DNA of 64,000 nt from Bacteroidia bacterium (GTDB lineage: Bacteria; Bacteroidota; Bacteroidia; JACCXN01). Location of the stretch: the NCBI GenBank assembly GCA_046299555.1, contig JBKBHS010000001.1:1056009-1120008 (forward strand), read 5' to 3'. Shown in pieces: positions 37,480-47,548 of the stretch. Under the pieces are notes generated by a model that was not told the origin of the DNA, did not search any database, and saw only the letters and a program-made list of their open reading frames with translations. The position numbers and the translations under genes are program-made. Position 1 is the stretch's first letter. The number at the start of each line of letters is the position of its first letter.

Positions 37480-39771
37480 ATGACCGCCAAATTTAATATA
37501 CAAGCTATACCTCTTTGGAAAAAAATACTATATTTTTTCCCTTTTCAATTATTGCTTGTTCATTTAAAGAAAAATTACATTTTATTATTTTACTGGATTA
37601 TTTTATTTGGAATAATTACAGGTGCTTTTGCTGAAAAATATGGCGTTCCATATTTATTCTTATTACCCGAATATAGAGGAGAAGTAGGTTTTTTATCATA
37701 TCTTTTATTAGGCTTTTCATGTGGCGGATTTATTATGGCATTTAATATATCCAGCTACATTATGAACGGTTTTCGTTTTCCGTTTTTAGCAACTACCGCT
37801 CGTCCATTTAATAAATACTGTTACAATAATTCCATTATTCCTATTGCATTTGTAATTACGTATTTATTCATGCTGTTTAATTATCAAATTAAAGATGAGT
37901 TTCTTCCTTTAAATATTGTATTATTTAATTGTTTAGGTTTTATAGCGGGGATACTTGTTTTTGTATTTATTGCATTTACATATTTTCTAAGTACCAACAA
38001 AGATTTATTAAAAATTTTAGGATTAAAATCAGAAGATGAATATAAACCGAAGCGCATAAGAGCAAGAGCTGTAAAGGATATTTTACATAGAAATGATAAG
38101 TGGTATAGAAGTATTGATAAATTACGCGAATGGCCGGTTACAACCTATTTAGCTCATCCGTTTAAAATTCAAATAGCAAGAGATTGTGATCATTACGATA
38201 GAGCAATGTTAGCTCAAGTACTTTCACAAAATCATTTAAATGCCGCATATTTTGAAATAGCAGTGGTGGTATCATTAATTGTGCTTGGCCTATTTCGCGA
38301 AAATGAATACATCATGCTACCTGCAGGAGCTACTATTTTTCTATTGTTTACCATGTTTTTAATGATAAGCAGCGCTATTTATTCATGGTTTAAAGGATGG
38401 TCGAATGCGGTATTTATCGGAACAATTATTTTACTAAATATACTGTCTGTATATGATGTTTTTAATTATCAAGAAAATGTTTACGGATTAAATTATAAAG
38501 GGAAAAAAGCACTGTATTCCACCGATGAAATAAGAAAATTAAGCGAAAATGAAAAGTTGCATCAAATTGATTACAATGCCGGAATAGAAGTTTTAAATAA
38601 GTGGAGATTAAAAAATGTAGTAACATCATTTCAAAAACAACGAAAACCTAAAATGGTTATTACCTGTGCCAGTGGAGGAGGTTTAAGAGCAGCTATGTGG
38701 GCCTTTTATTCACTACAATATGCCGATAGTTTGTTAAATGGCGAATTACTTAAACATACCCATATTATGACCGGCTCATCGGGTGGCATGATTGGAACTT
38801 CCTATTTACGCGATTTATATCATAAAAAAGTTTTAGATTCTACTTTTTCGTTTTATGATGAAAAATACCTCGATAATATTTCAAAAGATTTATTAAATCC
38901 TGTAGCTTTTAGTGTTGCAACAAATGATTTGTTTATTCGATTTCAAAAATTTAATGATGGTAAATATACCTATACCAAAGATCGAGCTTATGCATTTGAA
39001 AGACAACTTAACTTAAATACAGATAATAGTTTTCAAAAAAGACTTAACGATTATTTAAAAGATGAACAAGAAGCCCTTATTCCTACTATGTTTTTTACAC
39101 CTTGTATAATTAATGATGGAAGAATGCTGTTAGTGGCTTCACAAAACATGTCGTTTTTATGTAATAACAAACCCATCAACCAAACATACAGTTCGCCTTT
39201 GCCTGAATATGTTGAGTTTAAACGATTTTTTAAAAATCAAGATGCCGGAAATACACGCTTAAGTAGCCTATTAAGAATTAATGCAACATTTCCTTACATT
39301 TTTCCGGTAGCTACTTTACCAAGCGTACCTGCAATTGAAATTATGGATGGTGGTATTAGAGATAATTATGGAATAAAAACAGCTCTTCGATATATTTTTA
39401 CTTTTAGGAATTGGATTAGTACCAATACAAGTGGAGTAATTATTATTCAAATAAGAGATAAGTACAAAGAATTTGAGATTAATGATAATTCAAAAGGTGG
39501 TTTAATTGCAAATTTGGTTACACCATTAGAAAGTTTTTATGTAAATTTTGATAAGATTCAAAATTTTAATCATGACGAAATTATTCAATATGCTTCTTTA
39601 TGGCTTGATGCACCTTTAGATGTAATAGATTTTCAATTAAAAAATGATGAGCAAACTAAAATAGCCATGAGTTGGCATTTAACAACTAAAGAAAAAAATG
39701 AAATTAAAAATGCCATTCATCAGCCAGAAAATAGAGTAGCCTTAGCACGTTTAAAACAGCTGTTGGAATAA
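37480..39771 (+). CDS. Polytopic membrane protein fused to a patatin-like phospholipase domain
   Basis: N-terminal ~330 aa contains ~8 hydrophobic helices. The C-terminal domain has the oxyanion-hole ASGGGLRAAMW (GGGxR), the nucleophile elbow GSSGG (GxSxG) and the catalytic IMDGGIRDNYG (DGG). Confidence 0.65.
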   Translation: MTAKFNIQAIPLWKKILYFFPFQLLLVHLKKNYILLFYWIILFGIITGAFAEKYGVPYLFLLPEYRGEVGFLSYLLLGFSCGGFIMAFNISSYIMNGFRFPFLATTARPFNKYCYNNSIIPIAFVITYLFMLFNYQIKDEFLPLNIVLFNCLGFIAGILVFVFIAFTYFLSTNKDLLKILGLKSEDEYKPKRIRARAVKDILHRNDKWYRSIDKLREWPVTTYLAHPFKIQIARDCDHYDRAMLAQVLSQNHLNAAYFEIAVVVSLIVLGLFRENEYIMLPAGATIFLLFTMFLMISSAIYSWFKGWSNAVFIGTIILLNILSVYDVFNYQENVYGLNYKGKKALYSTDEIRKLSENEKLHQIDYNAGIEVLNKWRLKNVVTSFQKQRKPKMVITCASGGGLRAAMWAFYSLQYADSLLNGELLKHTHIMTGSSGGMIGTSYLRDLYHKKVLDSTFSFYDEKYLDNISKDLLNPVAFSVATNDLFIRFQKFNDGKYTYTKDRAYAFERQLNLNTDNSFQKRLNDYLKDEQEALIPTMFFTPCIINDGRMLLVASQNMSFLCNNKPINQTYSSPLPEYVEFKRFFKNQDAGNTRLSSLLRINATFPYIFPVATLPSVPAIEIMDGGIRDNYGIKTALRYIFTFRNWISTNTSGVIIIQIRDKYKEFEINDNSKGGLIANLVTPLESFYVNFDKIQNFNHDEIIQYASLWLDAPLDVIDFQLKNDEQTKIAMSWHLTTKEKNEIKNAIHQPENRVALARLKQLLE

Positions 39772-41235
39772 TTATTTTCTAATGGCAATAGAGTAGGGGT
39801 CGGTTGAAACTTCAGGTCTAAAGCCTTTTTTAAGTTCGAGCGTATTTAATTCAATAGCATTAATGTATCCGTTTCTTCCTCCACATTCGGTAGTGTGGTG
39901 TGGAGCAGGTCCGCTAATATCAATATTACGATGAGCTACATATACAATTCCCTTAGCATCATCAACAGCAATTCCGTGTGGTTGTGTTCCGGTTTGAATA
40001 TGTTTTACAAATTGATTGGTTTTATAATTAACCACTGTTACTGAGCCAATATTCCCTGGGAATGTGGTTCTATCTTCCATACATGTTACAAATAGATAAT
40101 CGGTAGAATGAGATAAGCTGAATTCTTGAGGATATTCACCCGTAGGTATGCGAGCAATTAATGAGTCGTTGCTTGTTTGCATCACTCTCAATTCATTAGA
40201 TTTTTGACACGATACAAAATACTTACTGCCATCGGGCGAAAAAATTATTTCATGTGGATCTAACGATGAGATATTGGATGGTAAGTCACCGGGAACTAAT
40301 GATATTTCTTCAAAATCAGGGAAGTTGGGATTTCGTATATCAATTTTATAAATATAATTTCCGGTTTGAGAGGTTACATATAAATATTTCTCATCAGGGC
40401 TTAAAGCAGAACCATGAGGCCATTTTAATAATCCGGAACCTTGATACATTTTTTTTAGGGTCATACTTTCTAAATCAACCCAAGCAATTCTTCCATCAAA
40501 ACTCCAATCAACTACAAATGCATTTTTGCCATCTTTTGTAATTACAAATGTATTCCAGTTTCCAAGAGTAATATTGGCTTCACCAACAAAGCGATCATCA
40601 CTGGTACGGTATTTTTGTATTACATTACTATTTGTAAAGCATACATACCAATAGTTACCATCAGGCGAAACTTTTACCATGTGTGGAGATTCAATAGCCT
40701 CATTATTCCCAACATCAATAATTCGCATAGCTAAATCGGTTTCGCTGTCAAATACATACACCAAGTCACATCCTTGATTTGTTACATAGTATTTTTTTCG
40801 ATTAGGATTATCTGCAAATTTTATTTCTCCTTTATTGTTTGGAGCTCCTCTATCAATCCAATCAATTATTTGCATCATTTCTTCTCTACTGAGTGGCGAG
40901 CCATTGATAGGCATGGTCGGTAAGTTGCTTAATCCAAAATCTTCGTGCGTGTTTGTAAACAAAAATAAAGTGCTTAATGAATGTTTAAATGGAATTACCG
41001 CTGAACCGCTTCTGGCTCCTTGAAATAAGGAATTCCAAGTAGATAATGATAACCCGCTTGCTGCATTTTTACTAACATCATTATGACATCCGCTTACGGC
41101 ACATTTTGTAATGAGTAATTTGCCTATTTTTTCCGGGTAACCGGTTTGGCTAATATCAATAATTTGTGGGTCTTTCCTGCACGAGGAAACGATTGTAAAT
41201 ATTGAAATAATTATAACTAAAAATTTTCTATTCAT
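39772..41235 (-). CDS. Lipoprotein with a PSCyt1-like cytochrome-c-type N-domain (atypical CX4CH) and YVTN beta-propeller repeats
   Basis: Lipobox ...IVSSC. KCAVSGCH...SGSAVIPF...MPINGSPLSREEMMQIIDWIDRGAPN resembles the planctomycete cytochrome-c domain. It is followed by repeated YVTN/YVCFTN/YVTSQ propeller blades. Confidence 0.5.
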   Translation of the reverse strand: MNRKFLVIIISIFTIVSSCRKDPQIIDISQTGYPEKIGKLLITKCAVSGCHNDVSKNAASGLSLSTWNSLFQGARSGSAVIPFKHSLSTLFLFTNTHEDFGLSNLPTMPINGSPLSREEMMQIIDWIDRGAPNNKGEIKFADNPNRKKYYVTNQGCDLVYVFDSETDLAMRIIDVGNNEAIESPHMVKVSPDGNYWYVCFTNSNVIQKYRTSDDRFVGEANITLGNWNTFVITKDGKNAFVVDWSFDGRIAWVDLESMTLKKMYQGSGLLKWPHGSALSPDEKYLYVTSQTGNYIYKIDIRNPNFPDFEEISLVPGDLPSNISSLDPHEIIFSPDGSKYFVSCQKSNELRVMQTSNDSLIARIPTGEYPQEFSLSHSTDYLFVTCMEDRTTFPGNIGSVTVVNYKTNQFVKHIQTGTQPHGIAVDDAKGIVYVAHRNIDISGPAPHHTTECGGRNGYINAIELNTLELKKGFRPEVSTDPYSIAIRK

Positions 41236-41612
41236 TAATCTCCTTCAGTAACAGGAACATCAATTAGTTTTTCACCGGCTTTTTGAAGCAATTGTACCGG
41301 AATTCCTCCAACTACAGTTTGTTTTATGGTACTATCATAACCAATACCATAAAAGTAATAATCACCGCGTTTTAGCCCTTCAAATTTAACTCTTCCGTCT
41401 TTTCCGGCAGTTTTATAGTCGTCATATAAAGAAAGGTTTTCTCCCGGAAATTCTTTTGCATTGTATTTGATATATATTGTAGCTTCAGGAATTATTAAGC
41501 CATGATGTTTAGCCGTAGCTATAATAGTATTATTTCCTCCTGTGCCTGCATTCTCTGCACAGCTATATAAAAGAAAAATTAATGTTGTAACAATAATTGT
41601 TATCTTTTGCAT
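41235..41612 (-). CDS. Small lipoprotein, unknown function (125 aa)
   Basis: Lipobox LLYSC. Predicted beta-rich and co-directional with its flanking genes, with 1-3 nt spacing. Confidence 0.35.
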   Translation of the reverse strand: MQKITIIVTTLIFLLYSCAENAGTGGNNTIIATAKHHGLIIPEATIYIKYNAKEFPGENLSLYDDYKTAGKDGRVKFEGLKRGDYYFYGIGYDSTIKQTVVGGIPVQLLQKAGEKLIDVPVTEGD

Positions 41613-41614
41613 AA

Positions 41615-43279
41615 TTAATAAACTGTAAGTTTTTGAGTGTTGGTTGATTTTCCATTTACTTGAAGATTTACAAAATATATTCCTTTTGAAAGATTAGGTA
41701 TATCAACTTTGTGACTTATAAACCCTGAATAACGATTTCCTGCATCTATTTTAGCAACTTCTCGACCACTCATATCATATATTAGAATTTGTACATTTCC
41801 TGATTTTTCTAAAGCGTATTCTAAATTAATCCAGCCATTTGCCGGGTTAGGATAAACATTAAATAAAACAGAATTTTCAATGTAAGTGTTTAGTTTTTGT
41901 TCGGGTGCATCTGATGCTAAAACTGCACAATAATCTTGTAGCTTTAAAAGCATTTTGTGAATATTTAATCTGCCTTTTGTTTTAACTAAATTTTGTAATG
42001 ACGCAATAGTATCAACTCCTTGAAACATAAAATCTCGAAAAATAAGTGCAAAAGAGTCAGGGTATGCTTTGTACTTTTCTAATAATGCAGGGCAAGCAGC
42101 AGCATACATTAAAGCAATAGCCCCTGCAACATGTGGTGTAGCCATAGAAGTTCCTGAGGATGTACTATAACCGCTTGAATTGTTACATGATAAAATATTT
42201 GTTCCTGGTGCGCCCAAATCAATGGTATTTATTCCATAACCGGCAAATTGCGTTTTTACATCGGTATTGGTTGTATTGGTAACTGAAATCATGTACTCGC
42301 TTGGGCATGCGGTAGGTATATCACCTTGTGTATCTACATTGGTATTTTGATTGGCAGTAGCACCTGCATTTAAAATGCCAATTCTGCCTAATGAGTCGTA
42401 TATTCCACACCATAGTGGATAATTGGATGGTTGTCCAAAATCTACACCAAACGATGCATTAGTAGAAACAATAAAAGCTCCTTTTTGCCCATTAGTTGTA
42501 TCGTACATCATACGATTGGTATATACATAATCGTATGCTCTAACAACTACAGCTTCGCTATTCGATGAGCCTCTTATTGCCATTACCTTTACTTTCCAGT
42601 TTACTCCTGTTACGCCTAAATTATTATTCCCAATTGCACCAACAGTACCTGAAACGTGTGTGCCGTGATAATCGCTTGCTATGGTTCCATTTTGTCCAAC
42701 TGCATTCCAACCGTTTACATCATCAATATATCCATTACCGTCATCATCTATACCGTTACCGGCAATTTCATTGTAATTTTTCCAAAAATCCAAATCAGGA
42801 TGATTTAATTGAAAACCTCCGTCAATAACTGCAACTACAATGGTATCTCCGGCTGCTGTTAATCCACCTGTGGTTATATCCCAAGCTAATGTAGCATCAA
42901 TATCTGCTCCGGCAGTTCCTCCATTTTGACCGGTATTTCGCAAGCCCCATAATGAACTAAACTGTGTATCATTTGGTATAGAGGCTCTTTGTTCTATGGT
43001 ATGATTGTATTGTGCTACCAATATTTTTGAATCGGCTTTTAATTTATTTAATAAATCTTCAGCATTTATTTGTGGATGAATATTTATTTGATAAATACTC
43101 CAATTTTGCGATAAAAGTTCATAACTAATTATTTCAGGATAATTTTTAAAAATATAGGCAGGGCTGTAACTTGCATCAATTTTTACTAACAACTCACCTG
43201 GAATAATATTTTTTTCAGGTTGTGAAAAAACCGTAAAAGTAATAATTGATATAATAACTGTAAGTAGAGCTTTTTTCAT
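41615..43279 (-). CDS. S8 (subtilisin) family serine peptidase with T9SS type-A C-terminal sorting domain
   Basis: Catalytic triad blocks VAVIDGG, HGTHVSGTVGA and GTSMATPHVAGAIALM. C-terminus ...NPANGWINLEY...IYDMSGREV...GIYFVNLQVNGKSTNTQKLTVY. Confidence 0.8.
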   Translation of the reverse strand: MKKALLTVIISIITFTVFSQPEKNIIPGELLVKIDASYSPAYIFKNYPEIISYELLSQNWSIYQINIHPQINAEDLLNKLKADSKILVAQYNHTIEQRASIPNDTQFSSLWGLRNTGQNGGTAGADIDATLAWDITTGGLTAAGDTIVVAVIDGGFQLNHPDLDFWKNYNEIAGNGIDDDGNGYIDDVNGWNAVGQNGTIASDYHGTHVSGTVGAIGNNNLGVTGVNWKVKVMAIRGSSNSEAVVVRAYDYVYTNRMMYDTTNGQKGAFIVSTNASFGVDFGQPSNYPLWCGIYDSLGRIGILNAGATANQNTNVDTQGDIPTACPSEYMISVTNTTNTDVKTQFAGYGINTIDLGAPGTNILSCNNSSGYSTSSGTSMATPHVAGAIALMYAAACPALLEKYKAYPDSFALIFRDFMFQGVDTIASLQNLVKTKGRLNIHKMLLKLQDYCAVLASDAPEQKLNTYIENSVLFNVYPNPANGWINLEYALEKSGNVQILIYDMSGREVAKIDAGNRYSGFISHKVDIPNLSKGIYFVNLQVNGKSTNTQKLTVY

Positions 43280-43360
43280 ATAAAATTAAATTATATTTAT
43301 GTATAAAATTAGGAAAATAAATTATAAAATAAAAGTTAAAAATTTCTCATAAAATATTAC

Positions 43361-46300
43361 ATGTTATATAACAAACCATTTAAAATTTATAAATCTTCTG
43401 CAGGTTCAGGCAAAACTTTTACTTTGGTAAAAGAATACCTAAAACTTGCATTATCAAGCAATCAAAAAGATTATTATCGTTACATACTGGCTATAACTTT
43501 TACCAATAAAGCTGCCGAAGAAATGAAAGCTCGTGTTTTTGTGAGCTTAAATGATATAAGTAAAAATTTAGATAAGAATCATAAAAATTACGCATTACAA
43601 AAATTATTATTGGATGAATTAAATATTCCGCTTCATGAATTGCAACATAGAGCTGAGCAAGTCTTTATTCATATGTTGCATCATTATTCTGATATTGCCA
43701 TTAGCACTATTGATAAGTTTACACATAAAATAATTCGAACATTTGCTCATGATTTACATCTGCCTATAAATTTTGAAATTGAAATGGAAAGCCAAAATTT
43801 GATTAGTGAAGCTGTTGAAATTTTAATTTCGAAAGTTGGCGACAATAAATATTTGACAGACTTTTTAATTCAATTTGCAGAAAGCAAATCCGATGAAGAT
43901 AAAAGTTGGAACATCGAAAATGATATTTTAAATTTTTCATACAATTTATTAAAAGACGATAATGAACACTATCTAAATTTATTGCGCTCAATAGTTATGC
44001 TTCAATATGTTGAAGCAATAAAAAAAATGCGCTCCATTCAAAGAAATTTTTTAAAAAGTATAAAAACAATCGGTGAAGAAGCTATAGAGCTAATTAAAAA
44101 CAATGGAATAAAAGAAGAATCATTTTTCCAAGGTAAAAAAGGAATAGCTACCTATTTTAAAAATTTATCTAATCATATAATAATATCAAATCCTAATAGT
44201 TTTGTTGTTGCAACAATAGAAGAAAATAAATGGTTTGCAGGGAAAATTAGTGAAGAACAAAAGTCAAAAATTGAACAAATAAAAGATAAGTTAACTACAC
44301 TTTACTTTAATGCAAAAAATATTATTGATGAAAATTATATACATTATTTAGCTATCAATGAACTGTTGGTTAATATTCATTCGATGGCATTATTGCAAGA
44401 ATTAGAAAATATTTTAACAGAAATAAAAAAAGAACAAAATATATTGCCCATAGCAGAGTTTAATAAGCTTATTTCTAATATAGTTCAAAATGAATCAGCT
44501 CCATTTATATATGAGCGAATAGGTGAAAAATATCGTCATTATTTAATTGATGAATTTCAAGACACTTCGGTAATGCAATGGCATAATTTATTACCACTTA
44601 TTCATAACTCTTTATCAAACGGTTATTTTAACATGGTAGTTGGCGATGCAAAACAAAGTATTTATCGATGGCGAGGGGGAGAAGTAGAGCAGTTTTCAAA
44701 ACTCCCACATATCTATTCCAAGCAGCCTTTAAATAATATTTTAAAAGAACGTGAGCAAGCATTAGTTCAATCGCATGAAATTTTAAATCTTAGTAAAAAT
44801 TGGCGTTCAAAAAAAGAAATTGTTCAATTCAATAATCAAATTTTTAAATTTTTTGCTGAAAATTATTTAGGTGAATTAAGTTATATATATCAAAATCATG
44901 AACAAGAATTTAATGAAAATAATGATGTTGCTTGGATAACGTTTGATATTATTGCTAATGAAAAAAAAGCTGCATCAGAAATAAATGAAGATGACGAAAA
45001 TTCTTTTGATTCCAATCAAAAAGCATTACATCTTACCCTTGAGTATATTCAAAAGCACATAGCATTAGGATATCAACAAAAAGATATATGCATATTATGT
45101 AGAAAAAAGAAACAAGGACAAGAAGTCGCTGATTTTTTAATTAAACATAATTTTAATGTAATTTCACCTGATAGCTTATTATTAGCTTCAAATCCTACCA
45201 TTCAATTTATTATACATCTTTTAACTTACTCCATAACTCCTGACAATAGGGCTATACAAGTAAAAATTTTAGAATTCATAATCGAAAATTCAATTATTAA
45301 ACATTCTTTACCAGAAGAACTATACTTACAATTAAATAATGGTAAATTAAATGTTGAATCAATTCTTCATACATATAATATTGCTTTTTCAAAACTTAGG
45401 ATAATTCAACAATCTTTATTTGATGCAGTTCAGTACATAATAAATTTATTTAATTTAAATGCAAGCCCTAACCCATATATACAATTTTTTTTAAATGCAG
45501 TTTTTGAATTTAGCACTCAAAAAAATAATAGCATACAAGACTTTTTAGAATGGTTTAATAATAAAGCCGATAAACTTTCTATAATTATTCCTGAAGGCTC
45601 AGACGCGATTCAAATAATGACTATACATAAATCAAAAGGCTTAGAGTTTCCTGTGGTTATTATGCCATTTACGAATGAGTACATAAAAAACAGTAATGAT
45701 TTTTTATGGGTTGATGTACCTGATGATTTGAATATTGATATTCCGGTGGGCTTAGTTTCTTCCAAAAAATCAAACGAAAATAATTTTTTTCAAAGCGAGA
45801 AAATACATGAAAAAAATAAAACAAATTTAGACATAATTAATTTACTATATGTTGCTTTTACAAGAGCTGTGGATTCTTTGCATTTAATATTTACTGCAAA
45901 AACTAAAAGTAATACATACAGTTGGTTTCAAAAATATTTTCAAGTTAATTTTAGTGACTTTAGTACAGATAAAACTCATTTTGAAATAAGTCCATTATCA
46001 AATAAAATAACACCTCATCATAAGGTTGCAAAAAAATCAGAAACATTTAATACGATAATAAGTTCAAATTGGTATGAAAAGCTAAATTTAAGTCTAACAG
46101 CTCCAGAAGCATGGAATATTGATAATCCTGACCAAGCAAGCGAATATGGAAAACAATTTCATGATATTATTGCTATTATTAACAATGAAAATGATTTGAT
46201 TGAAGTTTTTGAAAATTTTGTTTGGGAAGGAAATATTTCAAAAGAAGAAATTTTAATATTAAAAAATGAGATTGAAAAAATTGTTAAACATCCTTTGTTA

Positions 46301-46555
46301 AATAAATTTTTTTCATCTCAATATCAAGCCATAAATGAAGTAGATATAATTGATAAAAACGGAGTTACACATCGGCCTGATAAAATATTTATTAAAGGTA
46401 AGGAAGCTGTAATATTAGATTTTAAAACCGGCAGAAAAGCTGATAAGCATATTAGGCAAATTCATGCATACTCTACCTTGCTTAATGAATTAGGTTACAT
46501 GGTAAACGAAAGATATCTTTGCTATACTCAATCATGTGAAATTATTAGTGTTTAA
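43361..46555 (+). CDS. AddA/RecB-like UvrD-family helicase fused to a C-terminal PD-(D/E)XK nuclease
   Basis: Walker A SSAGSGKTFTLV, helicase motifs (DEFQDTS, KQSIYRWRGG), and a C-terminal RecB-nuclease block GVTHRPDKIFIKGKEAVILDFKTG...QIHAYSTLL. Confidence 0.7.
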   Translation: MLYNKPFKIYKSSAGSGKTFTLVKEYLKLALSSNQKDYYRYILAITFTNKAAEEMKARVFVSLNDISKNLDKNHKNYALQKLLLDELNIPLHELQHRAEQVFIHMLHHYSDIAISTIDKFTHKIIRTFAHDLHLPINFEIEMESQNLISEAVEILISKVGDNKYLTDFLIQFAESKSDEDKSWNIENDILNFSYNLLKDDNEHYLNLLRSIVMLQYVEAIKKMRSIQRNFLKSIKTIGEEAIELIKNNGIKEESFFQGKKGIATYFKNLSNHIIISNPNSFVVATIEENKWFAGKISEEQKSKIEQIKDKLTTLYFNAKNIIDENYIHYLAINELLVNIHSMALLQELENILTEIKKEQNILPIAEFNKLISNIVQNESAPFIYERIGEKYRHYLIDEFQDTSVMQWHNLLPLIHNSLSNGYFNMVVGDAKQSIYRWRGGEVEQFSKLPHIYSKQPLNNILKEREQALVQSHEILNLSKNWRSKKEIVQFNNQIFKFFAENYLGELSYIYQNHEQEFNENNDVAWITFDIIANEKKAASEINEDDENSFDSNQKALHLTLEYIQKHIALGYQQKDICILCRKKKQGQEVADFLIKHNFNVISPDSLLLASNPTIQFIIHLLTYSITPDNRAIQVKILEFIIENSIIKHSLPEELYLQLNNGKLNVESILHTYNIAFSKLRIIQQSLFDAVQYIINLFNLNASPNPYIQFFLNAVFEFSTQKNNSIQDFLEWFNNKADKLSIIIPEGSDAIQIMTIHKSKGLEFPVVIMPFTNEYIKNSNDFLWVDVPDDLNIDIPVGLVSSKKSNENNFFQSEKIHEKNKTNLDIINLLYVAFTRAVDSLHLIFTAKTKSNTYSWFQKYFQVNFSDFSTDKTHFEISPLSNKITPHHKVAKKSETFNTIISSNWYEKLNLSLTAPEAWNIDNPDQASEYGKQFHDIIAIINNENDLIEVFENFVWEGNISKEEILILKNEIEKIVKHPLLNKFFSSQYQAINEVDIIDKNGVTHRPDKIFIKGKEAVILDFKTGRKADKHIRQIHAYSTLLNELGYMVNERYLCYTQSCEIISV

Positions 46556-46568
46556 ACATTGAATTAAA

Positions 46569-47498
46569 ATGATTCTTACAAACAAAAAAATAAGCTATTT
46601 TATTATCCTCACTTTTGCAATAAGTTGGTTATCTATTTTATTTTTAAACTTATTGGGCTATTCCTACGGTTCAATTGAATTTACAATAACAACGGCCTTT
46701 TTATTTATGTGTGCACCTGCAATTTCTGTTTTTATTGTTAAAAAAATTGTATTTAAAGAAAATTTATTTGAGTACGGTTTACAGTTTAAAATGCTTGATT
46801 ATAGATGGATTATACTATCTGCAATGGCAACAATTATTTTTATTTTTTTAACAATAGCAACAATTTACCTTTTTGGAAATATTTTTAAAATATCAAATTT
46901 TGGTTTTGTTGATATTTCAGAAAATGGATTGCATAATGCATTAAATAAATTAGCCGGAGATAAAGAGCATAATTTACAAGCACTTCCAAAACCATTAATT
47001 TTGTTGGTGATTTCAACCATTGGCGGAGTTGTTTCTGGAGCTTTTGTAAATTTACCGTTTACTTTTGGTGAGGAATTAGGATGGCGCGGTTTACTTCAGA
47101 AAGAAACAAAGTATTTAGGATTTATTAAAAGTTCAATCTTTATTGGATTAATATGGGGAATATGGCATGCTCCAGTAATTTTAATGGGGCATAATTATAA
47201 CAATAACTCTATCATGGGAGTTTTTATGATGATTGCATTTTGTGTGGTGTTGTCATTCCCAATGTCGTATATTCGAATTAAAACCAAAAACATAATTGGT
47301 CCGTCTATGTTGCACGGTATGATTAATGGTTCAGCTAATGTATTATCAATGTTTGTACATGATGGTAATTTGATATTTAATGGTCCTGCTGGTATTGCAG
47401 GTATTTTGGTAATTACTGTATTTACTTTGGCGATATTTATTTTCGATAAAACAATTGTTAAGAATTATTCGGAGATAATAGAAAAATTTGATGAATAG
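46569..47498 (+). CDS. CPBP (CAAX protease/Abi) family intramembrane metalloprotease
   Basis: EELGWRGLLQ, FIGLIWGIWH and HGMINGS motifs in consecutive TM helices. Confidence 0.7.
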   Translation: MILTNKKISYFIILTFAISWLSILFLNLLGYSYGSIEFTITTAFLFMCAPAISVFIVKKIVFKENLFEYGLQFKMLDYRWIILSAMATIIFIFLTIATIYLFGNIFKISNFGFVDISENGLHNALNKLAGDKEHNLQALPKPLILLVISTIGGVVSGAFVNLPFTFGEELGWRGLLQKETKYLGFIKSSIFIGLIWGIWHAPVILMGHNYNNNSIMGVFMMIAFCVVLSFPMSYIRIKTKNIIGPSMLHGMINGSANVLSMFVHDGNLIFNGPAGIAGILVITVFTLAIFIFDKTIVKNYSEIIEKFDE

Positions 47499-47506
47499 AC
47501 AAATAA

Positions 47507-47528
47507 AAAGGAGCTAATAAGCTCCTTT
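47507..47528. terminator. Bidirectional terminator between convergent CPBP and TIGR00266 genes
   Basis: aaaggagc-taataa-gctccttt hairpin. Confidence 0.45.
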
Positions 47529-47548
47529 CAAAATTTACATTAAAAAAT

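Noticed and set aside
39829-39860. KCAVSGCH as a canonical c-type heme-binding site
   Set aside because: Spacing is CX4CH, not CXXCH, so heme attachment cannot be assumed. It is reported only as an atypical motif needing experimental test.
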